The notes under the pieces are model-generated. The model was given only the letters and a program-made list of their open reading frames with translations, had not been told where the DNA came from and ran no database searches. Both the position numbers and the translations under genes were made by a program. This document shows positions 41,441-54,705 of a DNA stretch of 64,000 nt, piece by piece. This stretch comes from Eledone cirrhosa (lineage: Eukaryota): assembly GCA_964016885.1 (NCBI GenBank), contig OZ024742.1, positions 238,080,001 to 238,144,000 of the forward strand. The letters run 5' to 3'. Positions within the stretch are counted from its first letter, which is position 1, and each line of letters opens with the position of its first letter.

Positions 41441-42221
41441 CAATTTCACAAATCTGTTCTACACCTTTGTGCATCGCTCTTTTTTTTTTCACAATGGCAG
41501 CAGCAGCATCATTAGTAGTGTTCACTCGGTCAGCTTAAACTAATAAAACTATGTGTAGATTATCTAGTGGCCTGTATGTCAACACACCATTAATATTAAA
41601 ATCCTAGCTACCAATTTATAATTTGATTATCAATTCTAGTATTCAGTGAGGGATGTCTAAATTTGATTACATATCTTGAGGACAAATGAGAATTAAATAT
41701 CGATTTTTCAAACTGATTGCAGGGTAAGGCAAACAATAGATTATATTATTTCGATTGAAAAGTTTTTAAAACGTTCGGTGGGTTGTAATGAATTAGTTTG
41801 CAAACTATAAATTAGTAAACAAAATATTTTGAGGTATTTAGTAACATCCTTTTACTTTCAGATTTCTAATCCTGCCGAGATGGAGGTACATAAATAAAGT
41901 ACCCATCAAGTGCTTCGTTCAATATATTTGACTATAACCTCCCACTAAATATATGACTTTGTGAACAACAAGCGTCTTAAAACTATTTTCCTTGCGGACC
42001 TCATTAGAAGCTTTATACACATGATTTCCTTTTTGTGACAATGTTTTTCGACTGGTATCCTATCTGATAGCAACATTTTACTCTCCTATTATCTATACAG
42101 GGATACAGTAAACAGGATTGAAATAGCATTAAATTTATTAATTTATATTCAGATATCTTATAATTGTTTCTACTGTTGGCACAAGGCCAGCAATTATCTC
42201 AGTGCATTACTGGTACTTCGT

Positions 42222-42366
42222 TATGTCCTAATATATTGTAATAATGCGTATTTATGTACTAATGTGTTGTAATAACATGTATCTGTCCTAATATATTGCA
42301 ATGAAAGGTGCTTATGTCTTAATATATTATAATAATCAACATGTTTGTCCTAATATATTGTAATAA
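42222..42366 (+). repeat. ~31-bp tandem repeat x5 (tgtcctaatatattgtaataa...)
   Basis: Five diverged units. Most contain CTAAT. Confidence 0.8.
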
Positions 42367-42372
42367 TTGATA

Positions 42373-42446
42373 CATTTTTTCTTTTTTTTTCTAGGTAAGT
42401 GACGTGAAACTCATATAATTTCAAAATGAAGAAATGAATGGTGAGC
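42373..42446 (+). promoter_or_regulatory. Candidate recursive splice site (3'SS/5'SS fusion) with 46-nt cryptic exon 42395-42440
   Basis: An 18-nt pyrimidine tract ends in AG (42393-42394) and is followed immediately by GTAAGT. A downstream donor ATG|GTGAGC lies at 42441. Confidence 0.5.
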
Positions 42447-43100
42447 ATACTAAATATGCATTTAATACGTAGTTAGCTTATACTATTTTTCTTTTTTATT
42501 ATTTTTCCTTCCAAAAGACAACCGTTGTAATATTTGAGTGTGACAAATATACTTTTAGACTGTTAGAACGTCGGATAGGATGTTTGCGGTATCTATTTCG
42601 GCTCAGTCTGCTCTAAGTTCAAATCCTACTAATATAAACGTTGCCTTACATCCTTTCGAGCTCGATAAATAAAATACCAATCTAGTATTGGGGTCAATTC
42701 TTCTTTTATATCCCTCTTGTCTCTCTCACTTTCTCCTTTAAATGCCTATGACTTGCCGCATGTTATGACGGGGTCCTTGAGACACCATAAAAGTTAAGGG
42801 ATCATGGCATATCTAAAATAATTAACGTGTGGAGACAAACTATTAACGTCTTGTGTCACCCGAAATCACATTAGCAAGACACTCTTGAAAAGCACAAAAC
42901 GTCACATTGACTGCATAATATTAAACATGAAAATCTTTAGTCTCATAGTACAAATTTCCACAGCAAACTGTTATCCACTAATAAAGATACTAAAATCATT
43001 TGAATTAACAAACATGTTTTAGTTGTTTTCTGTCAAATAATTACATGTTAATAAAAATGACACACGTCTCGAGGTGAAAAACAACACATTAGCTTAATGA

Positions 43101-43348
43101 TTAACCCTTTTGATACCAAACCACCTGATAGCTTTCTTGATTCTACGATACAAAACTGTCCGTTTGAAATTGTTTATATTTATCTAACGAAGTATCCTTA
43201 CATAAAATATAATTTATGTAAGAACCTTTGTTGTGTTCCAAACTCCACCTCAATAATGGAGAAGTTAGTTATGCTGCTAAATCCTAAATATTTCATTATT
43301 TTCAAATTATTTGAAAATTACAGGCAGAGTAGTATATTAGAAAGATGA
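43101..43348 (+). mobile_element. Non-autonomous DNA-transposon-like repeat starting TTAA-CCCTT
   Basis: Begins ttaacccttttgatacc. A diverged homologous copy lies on the minus strand at ~61745-61952. The TTAA/CCC end is piggyBac-like (inference). Confidence 0.5.
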
Positions 43349-46300
43349 TTACGACATGATTAATTCATGAATGTGAAGACGTGTAACCAAGTGGATATGG
43401 TTTGGGATTCAGGAACATAGAGCCATGAGTTCAATTTCTGGGTATGGTGGCGTATTGCATTCTTGAACAATTTTATTTGACATTGCTTTTCATTACAAAC
43501 CAAGGGGTCCCTATCATTAAACACCAAAGAAACCTTCTATGAGATGTAACTTCATAGGAGGCCAGCTAAACCTGCATAGATATGATCTGTAAATTACATA
43601 TTCTTTCTTTATTCGTATTAATTCCGGAAAGTCATGTGAGAAAATTTCGAAATTTTAATTGATTGAAATTAATTGAAAATAGCGGGTTCTTTCCTTATTG
43701 GTTTTGTTTTCCCATCCCATTGATCTCTATTTGTTGTAATGTTTAAAATTTATATATTGAAAAACATATTAATACGAATCATTAACTTGACCAATTGTAA
43801 TATTGGTAGAGTAGAATTCGATAGGGCTGCGCAATATATTTGACTTAAGAATTATCTCTATCTAAATGTCTGCTAAAGCGGCAAATTTTATCTTTCATCA
43901 TTTTGGGATCGATAAATTAAGTATCAGTTAAGGACCGGTGGATTGGTGGAGTTGTTAGATACGACAATATATATAGTGGTGTCCGATCCAGCTCTTCACG
44001 CTGAGTTCCAATCCTGTCTGTTTCTATCAAGAGTTGTAACTAGCAGATATCAGCAATAGAAAGATCAATGGAAACATAGTTTCCCTAGGCTTATCTGACG
44101 ATCAGCTACTCATTTTCCTTCAAATTAAGGGTACAGTCTCATTAGAAATTTGAATATTAATGTTTAGTATTTCGCAATTAATGGACACATGCATAACAGA
44201 GTGAGCAGGAAGTTCGGTTCACAAATAGAAGTTTGTGGGACATTTTGAATCGACCCAAACTTTGGAGTGAAATCAGGTATATGTTTGGAAGTCAATCGAG
44301 TAGATAACAGTAATTCAAAGATCCAGATACGTTATATATTGTGTTACTATGATTATTTTCGAGGATTACGTTAAAGGCACTCGTGCCTAGGGAATACTCA
44401 ACCAATTAACTTGATAATTCATGGGTCGGACGTTCAATTGATCGAACAACCGAATGCTCCAGGTGGAGGATCCATCATTCACATAATATTAAATCATGAT
44501 ATCTACAGAATTGATTAAATGTTGAAGAAGAATAAAAGCATTTTTAAAAGTCCCCTTCGGCTATGAATGATCAAGATTTTGCAGCTGGAAAGTTCCGCAC
44601 TGAGTAAGGTGTTTCGTAGAAGACCAACAATTGCCCGTAGAGGCATGTCTCCATTTTCCTAACCATCTATGTTGTCCAAGATGAATGGTCAGGAATTTGT
44701 TTAATCTAAACAGTTATTTATAGTTTTAAAAAACTTATTAAGACTATCGGAGCCGCATAATGTAATGTAATCAAAATTATATACGAGAAAACAGGAATTT
44801 AGCTGAATATATTTTCTTACTGAGCCAGGAATTTACTTTAAGATACGATTGCAAATTTATTAAAATACAAAATTCAGGGCCCCTAAGTACCACTTAAGAT
44901 AGATTAAAAGCCACATTCTTTTCCGAAGTCACAAGTTCCCGACCACTGTCATAGGGAAAGATAAAAGCGAGTAGGCACGAAAAAATTCGTTCTTTTTCCT
45001 CTGTAACTCTACCACACTTCTCAGAAAGCCACAGATTTGTAGGGCCTCCTAAATTAGTTTGTTTGAAAGATAGCCATTAGCTGAGCTCCATGCACTGAGC
45101 ATCAGTTGTAGTTCCTTTAGTTTCCATTTTCGGTGAGTTCCGTTCTCATCTACCTGAGCATTTGTATGCGTATTGTCTTCTATATTTCAATTATATTAAC
45201 TATATTATCAAACAATTAAAATAAATATAAGAAATAAAAAATAAAAATAAAATAAAATAATAATAAGATAAAATTAAATTAAAATAAAATGAAAAATAAA
45301 ATTACTATAAAACGAAACGAAAATGAAATTCTATCTCAAAGTAAAATAAGGTATATATATATATATATATATATAAACGTATAGAAATATACACACATAA
45401 ATACGTATAAACGCGCTCACACACATACCACCAGTAAATACACATATGTACGCAGACGTACGTCAACCAAAACACAAAGTACTCATATACACACACCCTA
45501 CATACCTACGAACCCGCATACTCACACAGACACAAAACTCACGTATACGCATAACCATATGCACATGTACCAGTATATATAATATATACGCCATAACATA
45601 TACAAGCAAATATACGTACGAGATAAGATAATCAAATATAATTATTGTACTTCTGCTTGTAATAACTAAATAAAAATAATACTTTTTACGGTGTAACAAT
45701 TAAGAGAGAACAAATGCTATTTTACTATTTAGATGCTATTTAAACAGTACTCGAACAATGTTAAAAGTATTTAAAGTGGAAACATCAGCTTGAAAGATAA
45801 AGAAAGTGATTTTACTTACAGCACGTCGCTCGATGAAAAAAATATTAATGTAAATTTTTAAAGGAAACAGACCATTTTTTTCTTCCAAAAATGTAGATAT
45901 AGGTAATGTTATAATTATGAGTTATTACGTTTTGATGTTTTGAAAATTTTGAAAATGGATTTTAAACAGGAAAACAAGGGTTTTTCACCAGCGTATGAAA
46001 CAAAGTATTCGACAGGCAAGCGATACGAAATTATATGTGTGTGTGTGTGTATACATATATAAACATATATATGTATATACATATACATATATATGTATAT
46101 ATATATATACGAATATATATATATATATGTATAAGACATATATATCAAATATAATATATATACGCATATATATATTATATATATACATATATATATATTC
46201 GGAATGGTAATCTCAACTGTAATTGGTAACCTGGGCTGGCTTTCCTCTCTTATGTACCAAGATAGATAGAAATTACTGCTTAACGCTAGCGTATGTGATT

Positions 46301-46558
46301 TTTAACATAGGTGTGGGGATATATTTTGGCGGGGTCTTTCTAAAAAGATTCACTATTTCTATCTATATACGTAATGGGGCATATAGCTTGGTACTAACAC
46401 CAATAATAATATGTGCAACGGAAGTAAGTGATTATGTCTCAGGAAGTATTGCAAAAAAATATTAAAGCAACTGGGGTAAGTGAGAATGTCTCAGGATTGT
46501 TAGCCAAAAAATTAGTAAATGACACTTACTGATTGAAAAATAAGCCGATATATATATA

Positions 46559-46619
<61 letters not shown>

Positions 46620-46641
<22 letters not shown>

Positions 46642-47630
46642 TATAAAGCTGACGGCCGTATGTAGGTAACAAACTTTCCGCAAAGCGGCTGGACCAAACG
46701 GCACCAAATTTGCACCATAGATGTATCTTTTTCCAAGTAAGAAAGTGAGGGTATTTTTGTCTACCGAATTTTGTTAAAAGATTAAAGACATTATTTAAAT
46801 ATTCACTACTTTAAAATTTTCAAATGTCAACACTTCCGGTTATACGACATTCCTAACGTCTTCACGAACCAAAGTATCATCTTCCTGTTTTCTTTCGGTT
46901 GCAATGTTTTTCGAAATATTTACTTCTGCGTTCACAGATTGATTTTTTTAGTTTCAGAGATCTCGTTAAGGGTGAAAGCAGCGATTCTTTGCTTAAACTT
47001 TAATCTGTTATTTTAATATATATATATAATTATATATTCGTGTACAGATATTTTTTCATACGCATAAACAAAATATAAACAAACGTATTTATTTCACGAG
47101 AGCACAGACGGCTTATCGTCATTGTTACTGGCGAGATGCCACCCAAAAAGTCCCAGCCTGGCCGCAAGATCAGATTTTCCAGAAGAAAAAATGTTATAAC
47201 AAAAGTATTTATTTCACGAAAAAACAGACGGCTTATCGTCATTGTTACGGCCGATATACCACCGAACAGTCCTAGCCTGGCCGCAAGATCAGATTTTCAA
47301 GAAGAAAAAATGTTACTAGAGCAACAGAGAGACTAAGCTTTGCGATTACCATCAACAAAGCTCAGGGTCAAACCCTAAAAGTGGCTGGCCTTCATCTGGG
47401 AAAACCATGGTCAATTGTATGTAGGATGCTCTAGGTTGAGCTCGCCAAACAATCTCTTCATCTTTGCTCCCGAGGGCCGAACAAAAAATATTGTATACTC
47501 TGAGGCTCTAACAATGTAATTTATGTATTTTATGTTACTTGGAATTTCCATTATGGTTGTACAAATTGTTGTAAAGTTTGTTAAAAAATTTGTTCTATGT
47601 TCAACATTTATTGTTGTAACTATCAATTTT
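46620..47630 (+). mobile_element. Internally deleted Helitron with helicase C-terminal remnant
   Basis: 47336-47519 encodes SFAITINKAQGQTLKVAGLHL//HGQLYVGCSR...RTKNIVYSEAL. 46905-47100 is homologous to the Helitron at 51.4-53.6 kb. A 120-bp tandem duplication spans 47086-47315. Confidence 0.8.
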
Positions 47631-48243
47631 CTTTAACGTACTGGCTGAGAGAGGAAACCTACAATGAAAGAACATCTTAAAGTTTACCCAAGCCAAATGT
47701 ATTTATTAACATTTCTATCTGCAGGTTCTTAGCAAGCTTACTGGCGCTTTAGTATGGTATTCATATCGTTTTTGATTGATATGTTGCATATATCGCAGCT
47801 ATTCATATGTTTTAAACATTAGATAACGATTGCTGATGTATATTGTACGACAGAATTAGCTGAAAGATATTTTGAATGAACAAATAAAAGAGATATAAAA
47901 GAGAGATGTTTGTTGGTTGGTTCCTTCGGGTATCACACGAAAAAAACGGAAAGTGACAATCGGAAGTATGTAGAGGATTGGGATAAGAGTATATCCATGA
48001 AAGTTTATTGATACTAATTTTATAACACCAAAGAAGAAGAAAGACATACCACGTATGCTAACCAACCTGACTGCTATTTCTAGCAGGTTGGGAATAAACC
48101 ATAAGGGATTCTCTCTGCGAATTCGTTGTCAGTGATGATCGTGTTTTGCGGTATATGTCTCCGATTCCAACAGTGGTTTACACACTCACACATACACGCA
48201 CACGCACACACACGAACACTCACACAGACACACACACACACAC

Positions 48244-48290
<47 letters not shown>

Positions 48291-49712
48291 TACACACACA
48301 CATATATATATATATATACACAAACACACACAAACATACGCACACATATACATACACACACACACACACACACATACACACACAATACACACACACTGTA
48401 AACAAGACAATGCATTCAATACAGACATTTTCTCTTCTGCCGGTCTTCTCTTATCATTTGTTAACCTTGGCGAAGCTGGGTACCTCAGCTAGTATTTTTA
48501 GCGCTCTACGTGGCTGAATACAAGAAATGTAAATCTGAGTTTTTCGAATATTAATAATAATATTCGATTCGTTTGCAATTATGCAAACAGCCTCTTACGC
48601 CATGTCACTAGAATTGCACCGTCATTCTTGCTCATGTGTTGGCATATACACAGAACGGCAAACACCAATGTTTCTGGGTTATTACCCTTCATCAGTACCG
48701 TATACTGTTTACCTGCCAACTCTCAGAGCTAGTGAAAATATATGATATTTTCTGGAATATAAGGTGACTGATCGGCTTGATTTGCATATTAGCAGACTGC
48801 CTGGTCAGTACTTTGACTGGTACTTTATTTTTTCGACAATGGAAGGAGGAATGGTTAAGTTGACCTCTGCGGGATTTGAACTTAGAAGTAATACCGTAAT
48901 GGCATTTATAAAAGACCATATGTTTTTAAAAGACATATGTTGCTATTCCCCCTCCCTCGGATTTCTCGCCTTGTGCTTCAACGTTACACATTAAAAGCCA
49001 TTATATATTTACGGGGTCGATAAAATAAAGTACCAGTAATACACTAGGTTATTTGCTGGCCTTGTGCCTAACGTAGAAACAATTATATATTTAGAATGAA
49101 CACCGTCTTCCCTGTTATTTAAATCAGGTACTTTAAATATCATTCAACTCCCAGGAACCCTAATTAAATTTCAATCAAAGGGATTGTTATATATAGATAA
49201 TTTTTGTTTCTGTGATTTATTAATCACTTGAAACTAAAAACATCAGTGAATCATTTGATTTGCTTTGACAAGAAGTAATTATATATAACGTCAAACATCA
49301 ATAGTATTATATATCATGGTACTATGATCAAAAACCTTGCAATCTTTCGTGGTTTCATTATTCTATTCAGTCTGACATTCTGACTACATATAGTCAGACA
49401 CTCGTACAGATGTATATATAAAGTTGATTAATGTGTAATTTCAAGTTACTTATGGTGCACCAGTTAGAGTACTCGATGCAATTACGTGAAACTAGCTAGC
49501 AAAGTACTGGTCGTTGTTTGTATTGTCACTGGTTATTGGTAGCTATAACAAGAAGAGTGTTAATAATATGCAGGTAGGAATGAAATGTCAACAACAACAA
49601 CAATAACAACACCATTTACAATAATGAAGACGATGATGGTGATGCTAGAAATAATACTACTACCGTTACCTACATTATATATCAAATATTAAATAAATAT
49701 ATATAAAATACA

Positions 49713-50206
49713 CAGAGGTATCCACTGTAAGTTGTGGGGTCTATTCTGTATGAAGAACTCAATGTAATCCATATATTGAAAATGTTGTAGGTTAAGATAA
49801 ATCTCAGAAAACAATAAAACATTAAAAGGAAAACAGAGTCATGATATAAGTTAAAACAATGAAATAAAAAATCAAGTCATTAGAAATATACTTCACTGCT
49901 TTACGATCGTTTCTAGATGGTGATAATACATTGTATCTATACTCAGTTATTGATCTATGTAAGTTTACAAACTATCATATAGAGAGAATATTTATTTACA
50001 TGCATACCACCAGCTGTTTTCAATAGGCTTTTGAAAACAGCTGGTGGTATGCATGTAAGTAAATATTCTCTCTATATGATAGTTTGTAAACTTACATAGA
50101 TCAATAACTGAGTATAGATACAATGTATTATCACCATCTAGAAACGATCGTAAAGCAGTGAAGTATATTTCTAATGACTTGATTTTTTATTTTATTGTTT
50201 TAACTT
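49713..50206 (-). mobile_element. PLE-type insertion with 367-bp palindrome (49844-50210) and 16-bp TSD
   Basis: 180-bp arms with ~2 mismatches and a 7-nt loop. Direct repeat atatatataaaataca at 49697-49712 and 50207-50222. Decayed hammerhead tagat..atcta-GAAA-cgatcg-TA. Confidence 0.75.
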
Positions 50207-50579
50207 ATATATATAAAATACAATATATTACAAGTAATAACTGTGATATTAAATGTACTATTACAAATGGTAAACTATAGTTGTAAATAACGATATTAAC
50301 TATTCCAATAATTAGAAAATCTTTGATCGTTATGATACTACCCATAATACCAATAGTGATCGTAATAATGGTCGTGATGCCGGTAATAATGTTACGGAAT
50401 AGATAGACCGTGGAGTGAGTGGTGGAACATGGGAATATAATGGATACTAACATCAGGGGTTAAAATTAAATTATCCATGGAAAATTATGAAAGAAAAATT
50501 AATAATAAAATTAATACACGAAGTACAGTAGGAGTAGAATCAACCAGCTGTGGGATAATGTAGAAATGTATAGTAATAA

Positions 50580-51300
50580 ATGTTTCTACTTTTGGCACAA
50601 GGCCAGCAATTATCCCAGTGTATTACTGGTACTTCATTTTATCGACACCGTAAGGATGAAAGGCAAAGTTAACCTTGGCGGGATTTGAACTCAGACCATA
50701 AAGGGACGTAACTCTTTGCTGCAAAGCATGGCGTCAGACCCTCTACCGGTACTGCCAATCAACAGTAATAATTGTTTCTACTTTTGGCACAAGGCCAGCA
50801 ATTACCCAATACATTACTGGTACTTTATTTTATCGACCCCGTAAGGATGAAAGGCAAAGTTGACCTCGGCGGGATTAATGGTTTTTGATTTTAGGCACAA
50901 GGCCAGCAATTTGGGGACAGGGGAAAGTCGATTAAATCATCAGTGCGTTACTGGTACTTTATTTTATCGACCATATAAAGATGAAAGGCAAAGCGGGATT
51001 TGAACTCAAAACGTTAAGAGCCGTAACTCTATGCTACGAAGCATGGTGTCGGACGCTCTACCGATACTGCTAATCCAATGCATATTAATAATGGTTTCTG
51101 ATTTAGGCACAAGGCCAGCAATTTGGGGAGAGGAGAAATTCGATCAAATCGACCCCAGTGTATTACTGGTGCTTTATTTTATCGACCCTGTAAGGATGAA
51201 AGGCAAAGCTAACTTTAGGGAGTTTTGAACTCAAAACGTTAAGAGCCGTAACTCTATGCCGTAACTCAGGGTGTCTGACGCTCTACCAACACTGCCAATC
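50580..51300 (-). mobile_element. Cluster of four head-to-tail SINE family A copies
   Basis: Copies at ~50580-50760, 50770-50876, 50877-51078 and 51090-51300, each with ggcacaaggccagcaat...atcgac...gatgaaaggcaaag. Confidence 0.9.
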
Positions 51301-51890
51301 TAATGCATATTAATAATAACGAAGTTAATGAGATGACAATGATAACATTATTGACGACTAGCATAATGGCCCGGCGTTGCTCGGGATTTGCTCTAGGGTT
51401 CTTATATATTTGATATATATTTATCTTTATCGAGCCTCGTGAAATAAATACGTTTGTTTATATTTAGTTATTGTGTATGCAAAAATATATGTACACGAAT
51501 ATATAATTATATATATTAAAATAACGGATTAAAGTTTAAGCAAAGAATCGCTGCTTTCACCCTTAACGGGTTCTTCTGAAACTAAAAAAATTAATCTGTG
51601 AACGCAGAAGTAATTATTTCGAAAAACGTTGCACACTATATATATATATATACACACACACTATATTTACATATATACACACACACAGCGTCATAATGAC
51701 GTAATGCAGACAGGCAGGCATACAGACAGATATTGGCCCGGCGTTGTTCGGGATTCTAAACATAGGTTTGCATGTTTATCCCTCCTATATTTATCCTTAT
51801 CGAGCCTTGTGAAATAAATACGTTTGTTTTATTTTGTTATTGTGTATGCAAAAATATCTTTACACGAACATATAAATATATATATATATA

Positions 51891-53396
51891 AGTAGAAGTT
51901 GTATTTAATTTGTTGGAAGTCCGACAAATATAAATGTTTATAACTGATTTAGAGCACTCAACATGTTACTGGAGTAAATATTCAATGATATTAAATGAAT
52001 GGAAACTATATTTATAAAACCTTATTTATTTTATTATATATATTTCAAGGGCAACCAAGACAACATTGGTACGCTTTCATCAGATAAAATACAAAGTTTG
52101 TTTTATAAATAGAGACGAACCCATGGAAATCATATCTTATCGGTTGGAAATTCACTGGGTAGCGGAAATATATTAGGGATTATTCAAACTTATGTGTGAA
52201 TATGCAAATGAATATGTAAATAATTGAAAAACAACCGTTAATTTACTGGAGAAAGATAGAGAAGAGAGAGCAAAAAAAATATTAATATTACGAGCGAAAT
52301 AGAGAGAAGAAATTAAGAAGAGGATGAATAGAACTCATGTAACGTTAATATGGGGCAAACCTTTAAGTATATATCTACTAATGGTACGTATATTTAGTTG
52401 TTAAAATTCTTTTTAATATAATATTTACTGTTATAAGTAGATAGAAAAATAAATAGATATATATATAGAAAAATAAATATATATATAAAATTAGATAGAA
52501 AATATATAAAAAAATAAATAGATAGAAAAATAAATCGAAAAGTAAATCGAAAAATAAATCGAAAAATATATCGAAAAATAAATCAATAAATAGATAAATA
52601 GATAAATAGATAAATAAATGGATAGGTGGGTATATCGCGTTATAGATAATTGTTTTAATGAGTTATGAGGGATATTGGTTTATATTTAACTGAGTTAATA
52701 AGAATATTTATATTTATATATTTTAAATTGGGAAGTTACGGAAAAATACTCGTTTTGCTTATTTATTCGTTAGTATGAGATTATTTTTTCAAAATAAGTT
52801 TAAATGTTAAAGATATAAATGTTGAAAGATATATTTAGCCTGAATTAGTTAGTGGTTATAAATCTAATAAAAGATATTAAAAAGTTTTATTAAAAAATAT
52901 TAAAAATTCGGGAAAATTAAAAAAAAATTTTTGAAATATAATTTATAAGAGATAATTAAATTTTTTAAAAAATAATAAGTAATTTTTAAAAATAAGTAAT
53001 TTTTAAAATATATGAAAAATTTAAGATATAAAAATAAAAAATAAAGAATTAAAAAAACTTTAAAATATTAAAATTAAAGTTAAAATAAGAAATTTTAAGA
53101 AGTGAAATTATAGCAAATATTATAGATACGATTTAGAGATAACAATATATTAAAACAGAGTGGATAAGATTGTTATGGAAATAAGTAGAAATATTATAAG
53201 TGTAATTATAATTTGTATATAGTTGTAAACGTTGAGTTTAGGCGATGTTTACAAGAACTAAATAAATTTGTCCGTATATTAATAGAGTTCCTACATTTAA
53301 GTATGAAGAAAATTTCCTCAACACACAATTTGCAAAATGTAGATAAAGCTGTGTTTTTGTATGCGGGTGCTTTAGAAATTATTTTCTAATCTGATA

Positions 53397-53400
<4 letters not shown>
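51891..53400 (-). mobile_element. Penelope-like element 3' part (same family as 34.9-37.3 kb)
   Basis: 53206-53385 encodes ISKAPAYKNTALSTFCKLCVEEIFFI...INIRTNLFSSCKH...IYKL*, homologous to the 36 kb ORF end. Then an AT-rich UTR and a pseudo-LTR at 51891-52245. Inserted in (TA)n. Confidence 0.85.
52028..52090 (-). ncRNA. Minimal type I hammerhead ribozyme
   Basis: attttat-CTGATGA-aagcgtaccaa-tgttgtc-ttggttgccctt-GAAA-tatata-TA-ataaaat. Confidence 0.82.
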
Positions 53401-53446
<46 letters not shown>

Positions 53447-53581
53447 TAACAGATTAAAGTTTAAGCAAAGAATTGCTGCTTTCACCCTTAACGGGATCTT
53501 CTGAAAGTAAAAAAATCAATCTGTGAACGCAGAAGTAAATATTTTGAAAAACGTTACACACTATATATATATGTATACACA

Positions 53582-53623
<42 letters not shown>

Positions 53624-53677
53624 CTACGTCATAATGTCGTAATGCAGACAGGCAGGCATACAGACAGATATTATAAG

Positions 53678-53863
53678 GGCAGTGGATTAGCAGTATCGGT
53701 AGAGGGTCGGACGCCATGCTTTCCAGCATAGTTACGTCCCTTTACGATCTGATTTCAAATCCCGCCGAGGTTGACTTTGCCTTTCATCCTTACGGGGTCG
53801 ATAAAATAAAGTACCAGTAATGCACTGGGTAATTGCTGGCCTTGTGCCTAAAGTAGAAACAAT
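53678..53863 (+). mobile_element. Full-length SINE family A with TSD
   Basis: Intact head and core. Direct repeat attataagggc at 53670-53680 and 53862-53872. Confidence 0.92.
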
Positions 53864-53911
53864 TATAAGGGCGCAACGTTATATCTATGTATCTATCTAA
53901 AAAGAGAACGA

Positions 53912-54124
53912 CTAGGAGTTATAGAGAGAGATCGTTAATCGCCTAATGCAGTCCCTAGGGCATTGAAAATTTGAAATCTTTTTTGGCTCAAAACACTCAG
54001 AGGACCATAAGTATTACATGTGTAAAGTTTGAAAACAATCGGTTGGGTGGTTCTCAAGTTTTAGTGATCGGACAGACAGACAAACAGACAGACAGAGAGA
54101 CATTCTCTGTTTTAGATATATAGA
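53912..54124 (-). mobile_element. Short Helitron-like element
   Basis: Minus strand starts A|TCTATATATC, has a (CTGT)n microsatellite near the 5' end, and ends CTAG|T at 53912. The terminal hairpin is weak. Confidence 0.55.
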
Positions 54125-54544
54125 TTATACCATTGGTATACTAGTGGATTATACCAGTAATAATAGTGGATCTAAATGAGGTAAAATAATAACATAAAAA
54201 ATAAATAAATAAAACTAAAAATAATAACAATTGCAATGATGTTGATAATGTGTTAATGGTACGTTCAATATATAAGTATACACAGAGGTGCGCTCATATA
54301 ACATACACACTTACACAGACATATATACATGGATATACGGACGGACACACTCATATATATATACATACACACACATATAGATACATACAATCTTATGTGT
54401 ACCTAAATATTCAGACATATATAGTACATACACATATAATTTACCATTTGTAATAGTACATTTAATGTCACTAATATTACATCTATTGTATTTTATATAT
54501 ATTTATTTAATGTTTGATATATAATGAAGGTAACGGTAGTAGTA

Positions 54545-54705
54545 TTGGCAGTATCGGTAGAGGGTGGGACGCCATGCTTTCCAGCATAGTTACGTCCCTT
54601 TACGGTCCGAGGTTGACTTTGCCTTTCATCCTTACGGGGTCGATAAAATAAAGTACCAGTAATGCACTGGGTAATTGCTAGCCTTGTGCCTAAAGTAGAA
54701 ACAAT
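54545..54705 (+). mobile_element. SINE family A
   Basis: Nearly identical to the 53678 copy apart from a deletion of the B-box segment. Confidence 0.9.

Larger units (their letters stand above)
51358..53890 (-). mobile_element. Tandem dimer of a non-autonomous Helitron with nested PLE and SINE
   Basis: Minus-strand 3' end reads cccg-agcaacgc-cggg...CTAG|T (51358-51385). The unit repeats from 51735. The second unit is interrupted at 51891-53400 and 53678-53863. Confidence 0.75.
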
